From contig NC_045697.1 of NCBI RefSeq assembly GCF_009834535.1, positions 113,834,001 through 113,898,000 on the forward strand: a stretch of DNA of 64,000 bases, given 5' to 3'. The translations under genes and the position numbers were made by a program. The stretch's first letter is position 1. Each line of letters begins with the position of its first letter. Shown here in pieces: positions 63,345-64,000 of the stretch. The DNA comes from Camelus ferus. Taxonomy: Eukaryota. Under the pieces are notes generated by a model. That model made no database searches, was not told the DNA's origin, and saw only the letters and a program-made list of their open reading frames with translations.

Positions 63345-63825
63345 TCATCATTTTATATCTCTAGCCCCAACTCCCCCTGAACTCTAGGCTCCTGTATCCA
63401 ACTACTTACTTAACATCTTCACCACGATGTAATCTCAGGCATCCCGTGTCCAAAGCAGAACTCCCCTCTTTAAACCTGCTTATCCTTCAGTTTTCTCAAT
63501 TTCAGTAAGTGGCAATGTTTTCTATCAGCAGTTTATGCCCAGGATTTTAGAGTCCTCTTTGATGCTTCTTTTGGTGCATTCATATGCAATCCATTAGGGA
63601 CTGCTGCCAGCTCTTCCCTGGTAGACATCCACTATCCAACCCCTTTCCAGCCCTTCTGTGTTCACTGCCATATTACTTCACCTTTGAATTCTTGTGTTCA
63701 CCTTCTAATCGATTTCCCTTCTTCTGTCTTGTCCAACTGCCATCTGCATGTAAAACAACAGCCTAGATGTTGCAAAATATAAATTATAATATGATCGGTC
63801 CTTTGCTCAGAACTATCTAATCCCA
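63345..63825 (+). mobile_element. L2 LINE ORF2 fragment
   Basis: TATATCTCTAGCCCC..CCTGAACTCTAGGCTCCTGTATCCAACT..ACATCTTCAC..TGTCCAAAGCAGAACTC..AAACCTGCT. Confidence 0.75.
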
Positions 63826-64000
63826 CCAGTAGGACACTTGTAGTCAATGTTAGATTGATTCAGCTTGGTGTAGGAAGAGAAAGTTTACATCAGAGTGTCT
63901 GTAAGTGTCGGAAAGACAGCATTTATGTGGAGGGTCTAATGATGAGATTTTAAGGAGGAATTTAAAAGGCAAGGGTCTTTTTGGATTAGATACTCTTAAT

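Noticed and set aside
63835..64000. Possible LTR start at the window end
   Set aside because: Truncated, with insufficient diagnostic sequence.

Overview
AT-rich, repeat-dense mammalian genomic DNA that looks intergenic or deep-intronic. It is most likely from a camelid: two tRNA-derived SINEs of vic-1 type are present, and I saw no Alu, B1, CAN, Bov-tA/BovB or PRE-1 elements. I can support no intact protein-coding gene. The only recognisable cellular-gene sequence is a disabled beta-tubulin pseudogene fragment (1-535) fused to the 3' end of a Tigger1 transposon. Most of the rest is a layered transposon record: L1 pieces of several ages, an ancient decayed ERVL provirus of LTR16/ERV3-16A3 type (~17.8-22.8 kb), MaLR, ERVL and ERV1 solo LTRs (several with intact TSDs), MER2, MER5A, MER63 and MER102-like DNA transposons, MIR and L2. 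The best non-repeat leads are a CpG-rich promoter-like patch with divergent splice donors (~53.6-54.05 kb), a cluster of RBPJ/CSL motifs (~14.9-15.05 kb), several exon-like segments and an MLT1 LTR split by a poly(T)-headed insert. I found no convincing evidence of a new multi-component biological system. Repeat subfamily names come from recalled consensus sequences, not a database search, and boundaries without a TSD or TIR are approximate.
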